A stretch of DNA of 64,000 nt from NCBI GenBank assembly GCA_024398125.1, contig JAKSJO010000003.1:43708-107707 (forward strand), given 5' to 3'. The stretch comes from Bacteroidales bacterium. Its GTDB lineage: Bacteria; Bacteroidota; Bacteroidia; Bacteroidales; UBA932. The position numbers and the translations under genes were made by a program. Under the pieces are notes generated by a model, which did not search any database, had not been told where the DNA came from, and was given only the letters and a program-made list of their open reading frames with translations. Below are positions 18,591-28,772 of this stretch, piece after piece; within the stretch, counting starts at the first letter, position 1, and the number at the start of each line of letters is the position of its first letter.

Positions 18591-19982
18591 CTAGGTCAGG
18601 ACAGTCTTCATCCAACGTTCACCGCGCACACGCCACAGGAAGATCAGTCCCCTGAAGTTGAGCTCGACGCACATTGCCACCCAATAGCCTGTAAGGCCAA
18701 GGCGAGATGTGAGATACAAAGCAAGTCCGATACGCACCACCCACATGCTAACCAGGTTCATAACGCTTGGGACCATGGTGTCTCCTGCTCCGACACAGCA
18801 GCCGTATGCAACGATAGAGCATGCATACAAGGTCTCTGCGAACGCCTCGATACGCAGCATCTTCGCACCGAGAGCCACGACATCGGCATCAATGCTGAGC
18901 ATAGTCATGATCTGCGTCGAGAAGGCGAACATAAAGACAGCCAGAAAGGACATCATAGCGGCTCCCATGAAGATGCTGATTCTGGCAAAACGCCTTGCAA
19001 GAGGTTTCCTCTTCGCTCCGAGACTTTGGCCGATGAGCGTTCTTGCAGCATCGGAAACACCGTAGCCCGGCATGTAGCAAAGGCTCTCCGCGGTGATCGC
19101 AAAGCTGTTTGCAGCAATCGAGACTGTGCCCAAAGGCGCAATTATCATTGTGGCGACTATATGTGCACCATGTGTGACAAGGTTCTGGATATACAGCGGT
19201 CCGCTGATGCCGAAGGCCTTCTTCAGGCTGTCGCGCTGCGGAATGAAACTGCCGCCTTCCTTTCTGAGCGACAGTTCAGGAGAACGCACCAGGAGGAAAT
19301 AGAGCATAAGGACGGCCGTCACAGCCTCCGCCGTTCCGGTTCCAAGCGCCGCGCCTCTGACGCCCATGCCGCATACATATATGAACAGATAGTTGAAGCA
19401 CACATCCATGACGCACATCATCACATTCAATATGCTCGGAACCTTCATGTTGCCGCTGCTCTGGAGCATCGCGCTGCCGAAATAGCTCAGGGTGAAAACA
19501 GGGACGAAGGAAGAATAGATACGGACGTACGCGGACGCATCTGCACAGATGTCCTCACCGCCACCAAGCCAATGAGGAAGGCCGCCGCTGATAGCCATCG
19601 CTATCGATGCGATGACGGCGGCAATCACAAGGATGACCGTAAGAGCCTGTCTGAGCAGTCCACGGGCCTTTTTCAGGTCATTGGAGCCTATCAGATGAGC
19701 GACCTGCACGGTGAATCCGTTTATGGATGCCATGCAGAATCCTCCGATGATCCAGGTCGATGTGGATACAAGTCCGATGGATGCCGACTGAGCGGCGCCG
19801 AGCTTGCCGACCATTGCAGAGTCGATGTATGACATCATGACACTGCTAAGCTGGGCAAGGATGGCCGGAATGCTTAATAGGAGAGCAAGACGAGCCTGCT
19901 CCCCTATTGTCATTTCTTCTCCGTTTCGGATTTTAAGCAGCAGCCTGTCTTTACGGCTGCCGCTTTGATTCGAATTAGTCAC
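18591..19982 (-). CDS. MATE family efflux transporter
   Basis: YIDSAMVGKLG, GAALGT, GQSLGA; about 12 hydrophobic segments; GTG start overlaps the GH51 stop. Confidence 0.9.
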   Translation of the reverse strand: MTNSNQSGSRKDRLLLKIRNGEEMTIGEQARLALLLSIPAILAQLSSVMMSYIDSAMVGKLGAAQSASIGLVSTSTWIIGGFCMASINGFTVQVAHLIGSNDLKKARGLLRQALTVILVIAAVIASIAMAISGGLPHWLGGGEDICADASAYVRIYSSFVPVFTLSYFGSAMLQSSGNMKVPSILNVMMCVMDVCFNYLFIYVCGMGVRGAALGTGTAEAVTAVLMLYFLLVRSPELSLRKEGGSFIPQRDSLKKAFGISGPLYIQNLVTHGAHIVATMIIAPLGTVSIAANSFAITAESLCYMPGYGVSDAARTLIGQSLGAKRKPLARRFARISIFMGAAMMSFLAVFMFAFSTQIMTMLSIDADVVALGAKMLRIEAFAETLYACSIVAYGCCVGAGDTMVPSVMNLVSMWVVRIGLALYLTSRLGLTGYWVAMCVELNFRGLIFLWRVRGERWMKTVLT

Positions 19983-22000
19983 TAGAGTTTGATGGTGATC
20001 ATCTGGAATGAGTAAGGAGGAAGATCAAGGGTCATCTTCTTTGATACCTTGATGTTCTCCTGTACCGGAGCGATAGGCTGAGCGTCATAGTTGTTCTCTG
20101 CCTGAGGATCGCCGGAGAGGGTAACCTTTACAGCGTTTGGCTTGATGTTGAAGCGGCTGAGGTTGATGGTTGCCTTCTTTGCAGTGTCAGATGCGTTGCC
20201 GACCTTGACATAGAGCTCACGGGTCTTGGTATTGAGGATCACTGACTGCTCCTGGAGGATGTCCTTGTCTTCGATCTTAACGCAGTCACCATAGTAGTAC
20301 TGACCGCTTGACTGGCCGAACATCTGCTGGATGTAGTAGCTGCAGGTGAGGTATGGTCTGTCGTTGTCGAAATAGATGAGGTCAGGATTCCAGTTGGTAG
20401 CGTCCTTGCGTGCGAAGAGAGGTGCGTATGAAGTCATGCATACAACGTCTCCGTTGCGCTCAACATGGAGAAGGTAGAGACCCTCTGCGAGAGCGTCGAT
20501 GAGCTTCTTGTCCTTTGCAGCGTACTCGCCGAGGTAAACCTTGGTCTTGCGGTCGCGTGGATAGTTGTCATACTGACGCTGGTTGAGGAAGTAATCTCTC
20601 TGCTCATAGTAGTGCTCGTCGAGGATTGGAATTCCAAGCTCCTCTGCCACACGCCAGCCGTTCTGGTAGTCAACGTTGTCAGCGTGTGAGCCAGGACCTG
20701 CGGTACCTACGATGATGATCTCTGGATGAGCCTTGGTGACTCTCTCGTAGATGTACTTGAAGCGCTCCTCGAATGCAGGAGTGATCTCCTCCTCGTTTCC
20801 GAGGCCGAGATACTTGAGGTTGAATGGCTCTGGATGGCCTGCCTCAGCGCGGATCTTGCCCCACTTTGAATCAGCAGGACCGTTAGCCCACTCGATGAGG
20901 TCGAGAGCCTCGTCTACCCACTCGTCCATCTCCTCCATAGGAACGGCCTCCTGTGCGTGGCCCTTCATGTTCCAGCCACCGTTGGTACCCTGGCAGCTCA
21001 CACCGCAAGGAAGGATTGGAAGCGGCTCCATACCCATGTCCTCGCAAAGCTGGAAGTACTCGAAGTAGCCGACTTCCATCGACTGATGGTATCCCCAGGT
21101 GTTCTTGAGAGGCTTGCGCTGCTCCTTTGGACCTACAGTGGTCTTCCAGCGGTAGGTATCCCAGAAGCCGTCGCCACCACCGTGAACGACGCAACCGCCA
21201 GGGAAGCGCATGAACTTAGGATGGAGAGCCTCGAGAGCCTCTGCGAGATCCTTGCGGATTCCGTGTCCGTGGTATGTATCCTGTGGAACGAGTGAAACCA
21301 TGTCGACATCCATCACACCCTCGCCGAGAGCGAGAATCTGGAGCGATGCACCTGAGCAGTCCTGGGTAGCGGTGAGGGTAACCTCATACTTCTTCCAGTC
21401 CTTGCCGCTGGTCTTGATGGTAGCGTCAGCCACTGCAACCGGTACAGGAGGGCCCATTCTTCTTTCACCTGGAACGAAAGGTCCTCTTACAACTGGAGCG
21501 ACAACTGCTACGCGGAGATCCTTGTCGACACCGTCGGTGTTGCGTACGAAGATCGAGAAATCGTATTTTGCGCCTTCCTTGACATTGATGCCGTCGAAGC
21601 CGTCATTGGCAAGGCCGAAACCGGTCCAGCCGTTGAAATCATAGAAGTGACCTACACGCTCGATGTTGAGACGCATGTAGTTAGGGTTGTTTGGATGGAT
21701 AGGATCCTGCTGCTTGAACTCGATGAGACCAAGAGAGTGTCCAGGACGCATTACGCGCCAGTGGGTGCCAGGGCCCCATCCGTCTCTCTCTGCAGGGCTG
21801 TATTCGAACGATCCGTTCTGCACGAGCTGTGCATTGAGACCACCGTCTGCTGAAGAGCTGATGTCCTCGAAGAAGATACCGATCAGTTCATCGCTGATCA
21901 GCTTTCCACCACGTGGTGCATTCATTGGTTTCTGGGCGGCAAGTCCAAAAGCAGAAGCGAGCAAGAGGGCTCCTGCGATGCCGTTTTTCAGTACTTTCAT
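19982..22000 (-). CDS. Alpha-L-arabinofuranosidase, GH51
   Basis: GIFFEDI, MRFPGGC, GLGNEE (acid/base), LGEYA (nucleophile), SYAPLF; signal peptide. Confidence 0.92.
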   Translation of the reverse strand: MKVLKNGIAGALLLASAFGLAAQKPMNAPRGGKLISDELIGIFFEDISSSADGGLNAQLVQNGSFEYSPAERDGWGPGTHWRVMRPGHSLGLIEFKQQDPIHPNNPNYMRLNIERVGHFYDFNGWTGFGLANDGFDGINVKEGAKYDFSIFVRNTDGVDKDLRVAVVAPVVRGPFVPGERRMGPPVPVAVADATIKTSGKDWKKYEVTLTATQDCSGASLQILALGEGVMDVDMVSLVPQDTYHGHGIRKDLAEALEALHPKFMRFPGGCVVHGGGDGFWDTYRWKTTVGPKEQRKPLKNTWGYHQSMEVGYFEYFQLCEDMGMEPLPILPCGVSCQGTNGGWNMKGHAQEAVPMEEMDEWVDEALDLIEWANGPADSKWGKIRAEAGHPEPFNLKYLGLGNEEEITPAFEERFKYIYERVTKAHPEIIIVGTAGPGSHADNVDYQNGWRVAEELGIPILDEHYYEQRDYFLNQRQYDNYPRDRKTKVYLGEYAAKDKKLIDALAEGLYLLHVERNGDVVCMTSYAPLFARKDATNWNPDLIYFDNDRPYLTCSYYIQQMFGQSSGQYYYGDCVKIEDKDILQEQSVILNTKTRELYVKVGNASDTAKKATINLSRFNIKPNAVKVTLSGDPQAENNYDAQPIAPVQENIKVSKKMTLDLPPYSFQMITIKL

Positions 22001-22039
22001 GTGGTTTGATTATTTGTTCAAAGTATTATTTCAATTCTG

Positions 22040-22078
22040 CGAAAGTAAGAAAAAAAGCCCAAAAAACCATTATCTTTG
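22040..22078. promoter_or_regulatory. Divergent -7 boxes (GH51 / porin)
   Basis: TACTTTCG on minus (22040-22047) and TATCTTTG on plus (22071-22078). Confidence 0.55.
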
Positions 22079-22095
22079 CAACTCCCCAAGACAAT

Positions 22096-23091
22096 ATGAA
22101 GAAAGTACTTTTTATCGGTCTTCTCCTGGTCTCTGCGATTTCGGCTCGCGCACAGGAGTTCTCTTATGAAGCCAACATGGAATCAAGAGCCGCAATGATG
22201 TACAACGGAGAGGATCTCTCCTACAACACCCAGCAGGTCCAGACCAACTTCTACGCATCATACGGCGAGCATCTCTCGATGCGTATCAGAACCCGCATGT
22301 ACAACTGGGCGAAGGGAGCAAACTTCTTCGACGCATCCGATTATTTCGAATTCTACTACTCCCCTGACGAGAACTGGACATTCGCTGCAGGAAAGGGCGA
22401 CAACCGCTTCGGCAGCTTCGAGTACGACCAGCGTCCTATCAATTTCTATTACCTCAGCGAATTCTCCAACAATGTAGGAGCATTCCGCTGGTGCGCATCA
22501 GCCGAGCGCCAGGCCGGCAATCTCGGTCGCATCGGTGTCCAGGTCGCACAGAGCATGTACGCCACCGACCTGATCGGATACAACCTCTACCTCCACCGCT
22601 TCACAGACAAGTGGTCTGCGATGTGGTCGCTGAGTGCACATGAGTACGCAAAGGACAGCTATATGGGCATGGTCGCAATCGGTGACGAGTACAATTTCGG
22701 CAAGTTCAAGCTCCGTCTCGACGCCATCGACCGCTTCGTAAGCATGGATGACCTTGCCGACTGGACAATATCAGCCAGGGCGACATGGGTTCCTACCGAC
22801 CGCCTCCAGGTCGCATTCGAGTATGCGAAGGATGTCAACAACTCGGATTTCAGAGACGCTCTTGTCGCCAAGGGAAGCGACATCAACCAGTACCAGTTCC
22901 GCGCGGAGTACTACCCATTCAAGGAGAACCGCAACATCCGTCTCCACGCCTGCGGAGCCATCCGCCAGGGACATGTGGCTCCTGATATCCTGTCCTCTTC
23001 GACTATTCCCGTTGAGTTCAGCAACACACTCGCCCAGGTCGGCATTTCATGGAGAATCATAAAGCTCCACAACAGAAACTACCTTAAGTAA
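22096..23091 (+). CDS. Outer-membrane beta-barrel, Bacteroidales porin family
   Basis: Start [11 protein letters not shown] (22096) after a -7 box; GK..FGSFEYD..PINFY motif; amphipathic strands; terminal GISWR strand. Confidence 0.7.
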   Translation: MKKVLFIGLLLVSAISARAQEFSYEANMESRAAMMYNGEDLSYNTQQVQTNFYASYGEHLSMRIRTRMYNWAKGANFFDASDYFEFYYSPDENWTFAAGKGDNRFGSFEYDQRPINFYYLSEFSNNVGAFRWCASAERQAGNLGRIGVQVAQSMYATDLIGYNLYLHRFTDKWSAMWSLSAHEYAKDSYMGMVAIGDEYNFGKFKLRLDAIDRFVSMDDLADWTISARATWVPTDRLQVAFEYAKDVNNSDFRDALVAKGSDINQYQFRAEYYPFKENRNIRLHACGAIRQGHVAPDILSSSTIPVEFSNTLAQVGISWRIIKLHNRNYLK

Positions 23092-23110
23092 CCATCATAA
23101 CACACCGATC

Positions 23111-24718
23111 ATGTATACCAATGAACACGGGCTCTACGTAGCCCACGGACCAGAAGGTCCAATTTCCATCACCGGAAAGATGGCCAACCGCCATGGACTC
23201 ATTGCCGGCGCAACAGGTACCGGCAAGACCGTATCACTCCAGGTTCTCGCCGAGACATTCAGCCAGGCCGGCGTCCCATGCTTCATGGCAGACATGAAAG
23301 GTGACCTCAGCGGAATCAGCCAGACCGGCAAGATGAGCGGCTTCATCGAGAAGCGCTGCGCCGAGTTCGGTATCGAGGATCCACAGTTCGCAGGCTGTCC
23401 CGTACGCTTCTTCGACGTATTCGGAGAGCAGGGCCATCCGATGAGAACCACCATCAGCAACATGGGCCCACAGCTCCTTTCGCGTCTCCTCCAGCTCAAC
23501 GAGACCCAGGAAGGCGTCATGAACGTGCTGTTCCGCGTAGCTGACGAACGCGGTCTCCTCCTTATCGACATCAAGGACCTCCGCAGCATGCTCACCTATA
23601 TCTCGAAGCACGCAGCAGAGCTCACCACCACATACGGAAACGTATCACCACAGAGCGTGGGTGCAATCCAGAGAGCTCTCCTGACCCTCGAGAACCAGGG
23701 TGCGGACAAGTTCTTCGGCGAGCCTTCGTTCGACATCTACGACCTCATGCAGTGCGAGGGTGGCAAGGGTGTGATGAACGTACTCGCAGCCGACAAGCTG
23801 ATGATGAATCCAAAGCTCTACTCGACCTTCCTCCTCTGGCTCATGAGCGACATCTATGCACAGCTTCCTGAGGTCGGCGACCTTGAGCTTCCAAAGCTCG
23901 TGTTCTTCTTCGACGAGGCCCACACCCTCTTCGACGGCACATCCAAGGCTCTCCTGGACAAGATCGAGCAGGTTGTACGACTCATCCGAAGCAAGGGCGT
24001 AGGAGTATACTTCATCACCCAGAACCCTACCGACATTCCTGATTCAGTCCTCGGACAGCTCGGAAACCGCGTACAGCACGCCCTCCGCGCATATACTCCA
24101 AAGGATCAGAAGGCAGTCCGCGCAGCGGCAGAGACATTCCGCGCAAACCCTGCATTCAACACAGAAGAGGCGATCATGGCACTCGAGACCGGCGAGGCTC
24201 TCGTATCATTCCTTGACGCGAAGGGTGCACCGGCAGTGGTACAGCGCGCACGCGTCCTCTTCCCTCTCAGCCAGATCGGTGCCATCAGCGAGTCTGAGCG
24301 CGAACGCTGCATCAAGGGCTCCCGTCTGTTCGGCAGATATGACACCCCTATCGACCGCGAGAGCGCATTCGAGGTCCTCCTTGCAGAAAGCGAGGCAGAG
24401 GCTAAGGCCATAGAGGAGGAGAAGGCTGCAAAGGAGAAGGAAAAGGAAGAGGCAAAGGCTGCGAAAGAGGCCGAGAAGAGTACCAAGTCGGCAGCTTCAA
24501 AGAAGGGCAAGAGCCTCGGAAAGACTCTCGTCGGCGCAGCCGTAGGTGCAGTTATCACTTCAGCCGCGAACTCCATCAGCACCACTGTCGCCGACAGCGT
24601 TGCCGGCAAGAAGGGAGCCAACGGCAAGAAGTCAGCGACCAACAAGGCTGTGAAGTCCGCAACCTCAAGTGTTGTCCGCACTCTCGCCCGTTCAGTCCTC
24701 GGCACCCTCATCAAGTAA
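23111..24718 (+). CDS. DUF853/YjgR family HerA-FtsK-like ATPase
   Basis: [47 protein letters not shown]; Ala/Lys-rich tail. Confidence 0.93.
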   Translation: MYTNEHGLYVAHGPEGPISITGKMANRHGLIAGATGTGKTVSLQVLAETFSQAGVPCFMADMKGDLSGISQTGKMSGFIEKRCAEFGIEDPQFAGCPVRFFDVFGEQGHPMRTTISNMGPQLLSRLLQLNETQEGVMNVLFRVADERGLLLIDIKDLRSMLTYISKHAAELTTTYGNVSPQSVGAIQRALLTLENQGADKFFGEPSFDIYDLMQCEGGKGVMNVLAADKLMMNPKLYSTFLLWLMSDIYAQLPEVGDLELPKLVFFFDEAHTLFDGTSKALLDKIEQVVRLIRSKGVGVYFITQNPTDIPDSVLGQLGNRVQHALRAYTPKDQKAVRAAAETFRANPAFNTEEAIMALETGEALVSFLDAKGAPAVVQRARVLFPLSQIGAISESERERCIKGSRLFGRYDTPIDRESAFEVLLAESEAEAKAIEEEKAAKEKEKEEAKAAKEAEKSTKSAASKKGKSLGKTLVGAAVGAVITSAANSISTTVADSVAGKKGANGKKSATNKAVKSATSSVVRTLARSVLGTLIK

Positions 24719-24763
24719 TTTCCGTGGTGCGAGGGGTCCGACTCCATGCGCCACCTGAAAATA

Positions 24764-24800
24764 AAGCCCCTCATTCATTTCGAGTGAGGGGCTTCTTTTA
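24764..24800. terminator. Bidirectional intrinsic terminator (DUF853 / purU)
   Basis: AAGCCCCTCA / TGAGGGGCTT stem flanked by A-rich and T-rich tracts. Confidence 0.85.
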
Positions 24801-24804
24801 TTAT

Positions 24805-25668
24805 CTAGCTGAAGATGATAGTCTTGTTCTTGAAAGTGAGGATCTTTCTCTCGACATGCTTTGAGACTGCGCGGGAAAGGACGATCTTCTCGAGGTCGCG
24901 TCCCTTGAGCACGAGGCTGTCAGGGGTGTCCTTATGGGTGATGCGGACCACATCCTGCTCGATGATCGGACCAGCATCAAGCTCGGTGGTGACATAGTGG
25001 CTGGTAGCACCGATGATCTTCACTCCCCTTTCGTATGCCTGGTGGTATGGCTTTGCGCCGATGAAGGCAGGAAGGAAGGAGTGATGGATGTTGATGATCT
25101 TGTTCGGATAGCTCCTGATCATGTCCTCGCTGATGATCTGCATATAGCGGGCAAGGACGATGAAGGTAACGTTCTCCTTGCGGAGGAGCTCCATCTCGGC
25201 AGCCTCAACCTCGGCCTTGTTGCTGTGGTCTTTTTTTATCGACCATACATAGTAAGGGATTCCGAACTGCTCGGCAACATATCTGAGATCTTCGTGGTTG
25301 GAAACGATGCATGGGATTTCCACGTCAAGCTCGCCAGCCTTGTATCTTGCCAGAAGATCGTAGAGACAATGGCTCATCTTGCTTACGAAAAGTGCCATGC
25401 GAGGCTTCTCGTCATTGAAGTAAAGGTTGCTTTCAACTCCGAAACGCACACCATAGAGTGTATCGATGATATCCTTGATCTTTTCACGAGGGATGAGGAA
25501 GCCGTCAAGTTCCCACTCGATACGCATAAAGAATACGCCATCAACGCGGTCTACATACTGGTCAAGATAAACGATGTTTCCGTGATTGTCAGTGATGAAT
25601 TTGGTAATCTCCGAAATGATACCCTGGCGGTCAGGGCAATGAAGGAGAAGTATAGCGGTAGGTTTCAT
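24805..25668 (-). CDS. purU: Formyltetrahydrofolate deformylase
   Basis: CPDRQGI ACT domain, LARYMQI, INIHHSFLPAF.GAKPY, GPIIEQD; start MKPTAIL assumed. Confidence 0.95.
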   Translation of the reverse strand: MKPTAILLLHCPDRQGIISEITKFITDNHGNIVYLDQYVDRVDGVFFMRIEWELDGFLIPREKIKDIIDTLYGVRFGVESNLYFNDEKPRMALFVSKMSHCLYDLLARYKAGELDVEIPCIVSNHEDLRYVAEQFGIPYYVWSIKKDHSNKAEVEAAEMELLRKENVTFIVLARYMQIISEDMIRSYPNKIINIHHSFLPAFIGAKPYHQAYERGVKIIGATSHYVTTELDAGPIIEQDVVRITHKDTPDSLVLKGRDLEKIVLSRAVSKHVERKILTFKNKTIIFS

Positions 25669-25713
25669 ATCGTCAGTCAGTTCGTTCATAGGGACATCCG
25701 TCCCGAGGAAATG

Positions 25714-25768
25714 CAAATATAGGCTTTATCCTTCAATAAACAAGCAACAGCTTTTTTTACTACTTTTG
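25714..25768. promoter_or_regulatory. Divergent -7 boxes (purU / NhaC)
   Basis: TATATTTG on minus (25714-25721) and TACTTTTG on plus (25761-25768). Confidence 0.6.
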
Positions 25769-25789
25769 CATGATTCCTGAAACAAACAG

Positions 25790-27067
25790 ATGAAAACAAC
25801 GTCAAAGAATATCAAGGGCATGCTTGCCCTGAGCCCGCTGATCGTCTTTCTGGCCGTCTATCTGGTCACATCCCTCGTCCTCGGCGACTTCTACAAGGTG
25901 CCGGTGGCATCCGCATTCCTCGTCGCATCCGTATATGCCGTTCTAGTCTCCGAAGGCAGTCTGAATGAACGCATAGAAGCATTCTCGTCGGGTGCCGGCA
26001 ACAGCAAGGTACTGCTGATGATATGGATATTCATACTGGCCGGAGCGTTCGCCCAGACTGCGAAAGACATCGGCGCGGTCGATGCGACCGTCGGACTGGC
26101 ATTGAAGATTGTTCCTCCGGGAATGCTCTTCGCGGGCCTGTTTCTGACCGCCTGCTTCATTTCCCTGTCCATCGGAACCAGCGTCGGAACCATCGTAGCA
26201 CTCGTCCCTATCGCGGCAGGCATCGCGGAATCGACCGGCACAGGCATAGCCTTCATGACTGCGGTGATTGTAGGAGGAGCCTTCTTCGGCGACAATCTTT
26301 CATTCATAAGCGACACCACGATTGCAGCGACAAAGGCTCTTGACTGCGAGATGCAGGATAAGTTCAAAGCCAACCTGCGCGTAGTCATCCCAGCCGTCAT
26401 CATCGTCACAGCCATCTACCTCATTGCCGGAGCGGGCGTACATGCCGAAACGGTCGCAGGCAGCATCGAATGGTACAAGGTCCTCCCATACATAGCGGTG
26501 CTTGTAATGGCCATGTGTGGCCTTAACGTGGTAATCTCGCTGAGCATAGGAATAATCATCAATTTCGCCATCGGAATGGCGACCGGTATCCTTGGCTGGA
26601 GCTCATGGCTGGCGTCCATGGGAACAGGAATCGAGGGTATGGGCAGCCTGATTACAGTGACCCTTCTTGCCGGCGGAATGATGGAGCTCATACGCCGCGG
26701 CGGCGGCCTGGACCTGATCATCAGCGCAATCTCCGGTCAGGCGAAGAGCAAGCGCAGCGCAGAGTTCAGCATTGCAGCTCTCGTCAGCCTGGCGAACCTC
26801 TGTACCGCCAACAACACCATCGCCATCATCACGACCGGAGGCATCGCCAAGGACATCGCGGACCGCTTCCAGCTGGATAGAAAGAGAGTCGCAAGCCTTC
26901 TGGACACATTTTCATGCCTGGTCCAGGGCCTGATTCCGTATGGCGCTCAACTATTGATGGCAACCGCACTCTCGGGTGAGGATGCAGCTGCCATCATATC
27001 TTGTCTTTATTATCCTTTCGTTCTGGGAGCAGTGTCTCTCCTTTCAATTCTGATAAGGAAGAACTAG
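25790..27067 (+). CDS. Na+/H+ antiporter NhaC family protein
   Basis: IGTSVGT, GGAFFGDNLSFISDTTIAAT, ANNTIAI, LLDTFSC..IPYGAQ. Confidence 0.9.
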   Translation: MKTTSKNIKGMLALSPLIVFLAVYLVTSLVLGDFYKVPVASAFLVASVYAVLVSEGSLNERIEAFSSGAGNSKVLLMIWIFILAGAFAQTAKDIGAVDATVGLALKIVPPGMLFAGLFLTACFISLSIGTSVGTIVALVPIAAGIAESTGTGIAFMTAVIVGGAFFGDNLSFISDTTIAATKALDCEMQDKFKANLRVVIPAVIIVTAIYLIAGAGVHAETVAGSIEWYKVLPYIAVLVMAMCGLNVVISLSIGIIINFAIGMATGILGWSSWLASMGTGIEGMGSLITVTLLAGGMMELIRRGGGLDLIISAISGQAKSKRSAEFSIAALVSLANLCTANNTIAIITTGGIAKDIADRFQLDRKRVASLLDTFSCLVQGLIPYGAQLLMATALSGEDAAAIISCLYYPFVLGAVSLLSILIRKN

Positions 27068-27549
27068 AGTCCGCTGCACGCTCTTAGGAATTCGTCAGCG
27101 TCGATTTCAAGTTCGCGACAGATACGAGCCGCGACTCCAAGAGAAGGGACGACAGTCCCGCGAATGTACTCGCTGATGCGCGACTGGCTAGTTCCTACAC
27201 GTTCTGCAAGTTCCTTCTGGGACATTTTCCTGTTCCTCAGGCCAGCCTTGACAAGTCCGCCAAGGGAGATTGAACCATATGGGACAGACTCTTCCTGAAG
27301 CCGCGTCGGTTCTTCCTTGATTTCATAAGGATTGGACACGGCTGAAACCTTCTCGTCACAGGCAAGGCTGAGCTTGATATAGGTATCGAGCCAGATGTTG
27401 CTCTTCGCGCCAAGCCAGAGAGACACCTGACTTGGGCTGGCGCCTACCGCCTCGGCCATTTCTTTCTGGCTCAGACGGCAATCGACCATCCTGCCGGCAA
27501 GTTCCGCCAGCATCTCACGCCTGCGCAAGAGAACCTGATCCTTGTCCAT
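27064..27549 (-). CDS. Tandem XRE-type helix-turn-helix protein
   Basis: Two Cro/C1 motifs (SQKEMAEAVGASPSQVS; SQKELAERVGTSQSRISEYIRG) joined by an EESVPY linker; ATG at 27549 preferred to the track's TTG. Confidence 0.8.
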   Translation of the reverse strand: MDKDQVLLRRREMLAELAGRMVDCRLSQKEMAEAVGASPSQVSLWLGAKSNIWLDTYIKLSLACDEKVSAVSNPYEIKEEPTRLQEESVPYGSISLGGLVKAGLRNRKMSQKELAERVGTSQSRISEYIRGTVVPSLGVAARICRELEIDADEFLRACSGL

Positions 27550-27563
27550 AACAGCCTGAAAAA

Positions 27564-28250
27564 TCAAAAGCCAAAGATTGACTTTGCTATGAAAAACAGC
27601 ACGGGGATAAACAATCCCGGCAGCATGTTAAGAGTCTTGCAGTCCCTGAGATTGAGAAGTTTCAATCCGGAAGCGAGGATCAGAGAGCCTCCGACTATGC
27701 TGAGTTCGGTAACAAGCTCCTCGCTGATCGCTGTCTCGGATATCTTGGCTATAGTGTAGAACATACCCTGCCAGCAGAACAGCACAGGTGCTGCCCAGAT
27801 CATTCCAATTCCGAATGTTGACGCCAGGACCATTGACGAGCAGAAGTCCAGAGTCGCGTTGGTGAAAAGGTAGGTGTTGTCGCCATGAAGCGCACTGAGA
27901 ACAGGTCCAAGCATCGAGAATGTGCCGATGCAGTAAAGAAGGATACCGGTTGACAGTCCTTCCGCAAGACGTCCGGAACCATCGCCACGGTTCACCAGAC
28001 GTGAGAACCTGTCATCAAGCTTCAACATGTAGCCTATGAGCGAACCCACAGCGAGACTTATGATGAACAGTACAGGCACAGTACTCTTCGGGAGGTTGTG
28101 TACACAGGCATTGGCACCCAATGCCAGGGAGGCAATACCCATTGCGTTGAATAATGCCTCCTGGTACTGTGGTTTGATTCCCTTCTTGAGTACGGCACCG
28201 AGAATGCTGCCTGCTACGATGCAGCAGGTATTTACGATTGTGCCGACCAT
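27564..28250 (-). CDS. DUF554 family membrane protein
   Basis: GTIVN, LYCIGTFS.LGP, ATLDFCSSMV.AS.FG, LNMLPGL. Confidence 0.9.
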   Translation of the reverse strand: MVGTIVNTCCIVAGSILGAVLKKGIKPQYQEALFNAMGIASLALGANACVHNLPKSTVPVLFIISLAVGSLIGYMLKLDDRFSRLVNRGDGSGRLAEGLSTGILLYCIGTFSMLGPVLSALHGDNTYLFTNATLDFCSSMVLASTFGIGMIWAAPVLFCWQGMFYTIAKISETAISEELVTELSIVGGSLILASGLKLLNLRDCKTLNMLPGLFIPVLFFIAKSIFGF

Positions 28251-28253
28251 TAT

Positions 28254-28703
28254 TTACTTGAGGACTGCCTTGAGGACGCTTCCGAGAAGACCGCCTGACT
28301 TCTTGCCGTTTCCGCCCTGGAGAGCGATGAGGACATCATTGAGGTCGACATCACCGTCACCATCCTGATCCTTGAGGATGCCGGAAAGCTTACCCATGAT
28401 TGCAGGGATGACCGCTGAAGCAGCTCCTGTTATCTTGCTGTCAAGACCCATGTTCTTTGCATTTCCGCTGAAAATCTTGCCTGCGAGGTCAACAACCGGG
28501 CTAGCTGCGGCAGCACTGGCCTTTCCTGTAAGGATTTCCTTGATGAGATTGATTCCGCCAGCCTTTGTCGCTGTCTGGGTGAGGCTTCCAAGAATAGAGT
28601 CTGAAAGACCATTGAGGACTGTCTGCTGAAGATTTGCAGGAAGATTGAGACCGCCAGCCTGTGCCTTGACCTGCTGCGCGATGATGTCGGTGATGGATGC
28701 CAT
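28254..28703 (-). CDS. Small Gly/Ala/Leu-rich protein, DUF937-like, with DxDxDG Ca-binding loop
   Basis: DQDGDGDVDLND loop and GGLLG tail. Confidence 0.55.
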   Translation of the reverse strand: MASITDIIAQQVKAQAGGLNLPANLQQTVLNGLSDSILGSLTQTATKAGGINLIKEILTGKASAAAASPVVDLAGKIFSGNAKNMGLDSKITGAASAVIPAIMGKLSGILKDQDGDGDVDLNDVLIALQGGNGKKSGGLLGSVLKAVLK

Positions 28704-28772
28704 AGATCAGTAGTATTATTTAGTTGTTCTATATCGTAAATGTACTCCTTACGGAAGAAAATACCAAAAAAA

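Noticed and set aside
24400-24718. GAG/AAG/GCA-rich repeats at the end of the DUF853 gene
   Set aside because: Coding low complexity (Glu/Lys/Ala tail), not a DNA repeat array.
24724-24757. Intact tRNA or tmRNA gene
   Set aside because: Only a 3'-like fragment is present; no D-arm, anticodon arm, canonical TTCGA or CCA.
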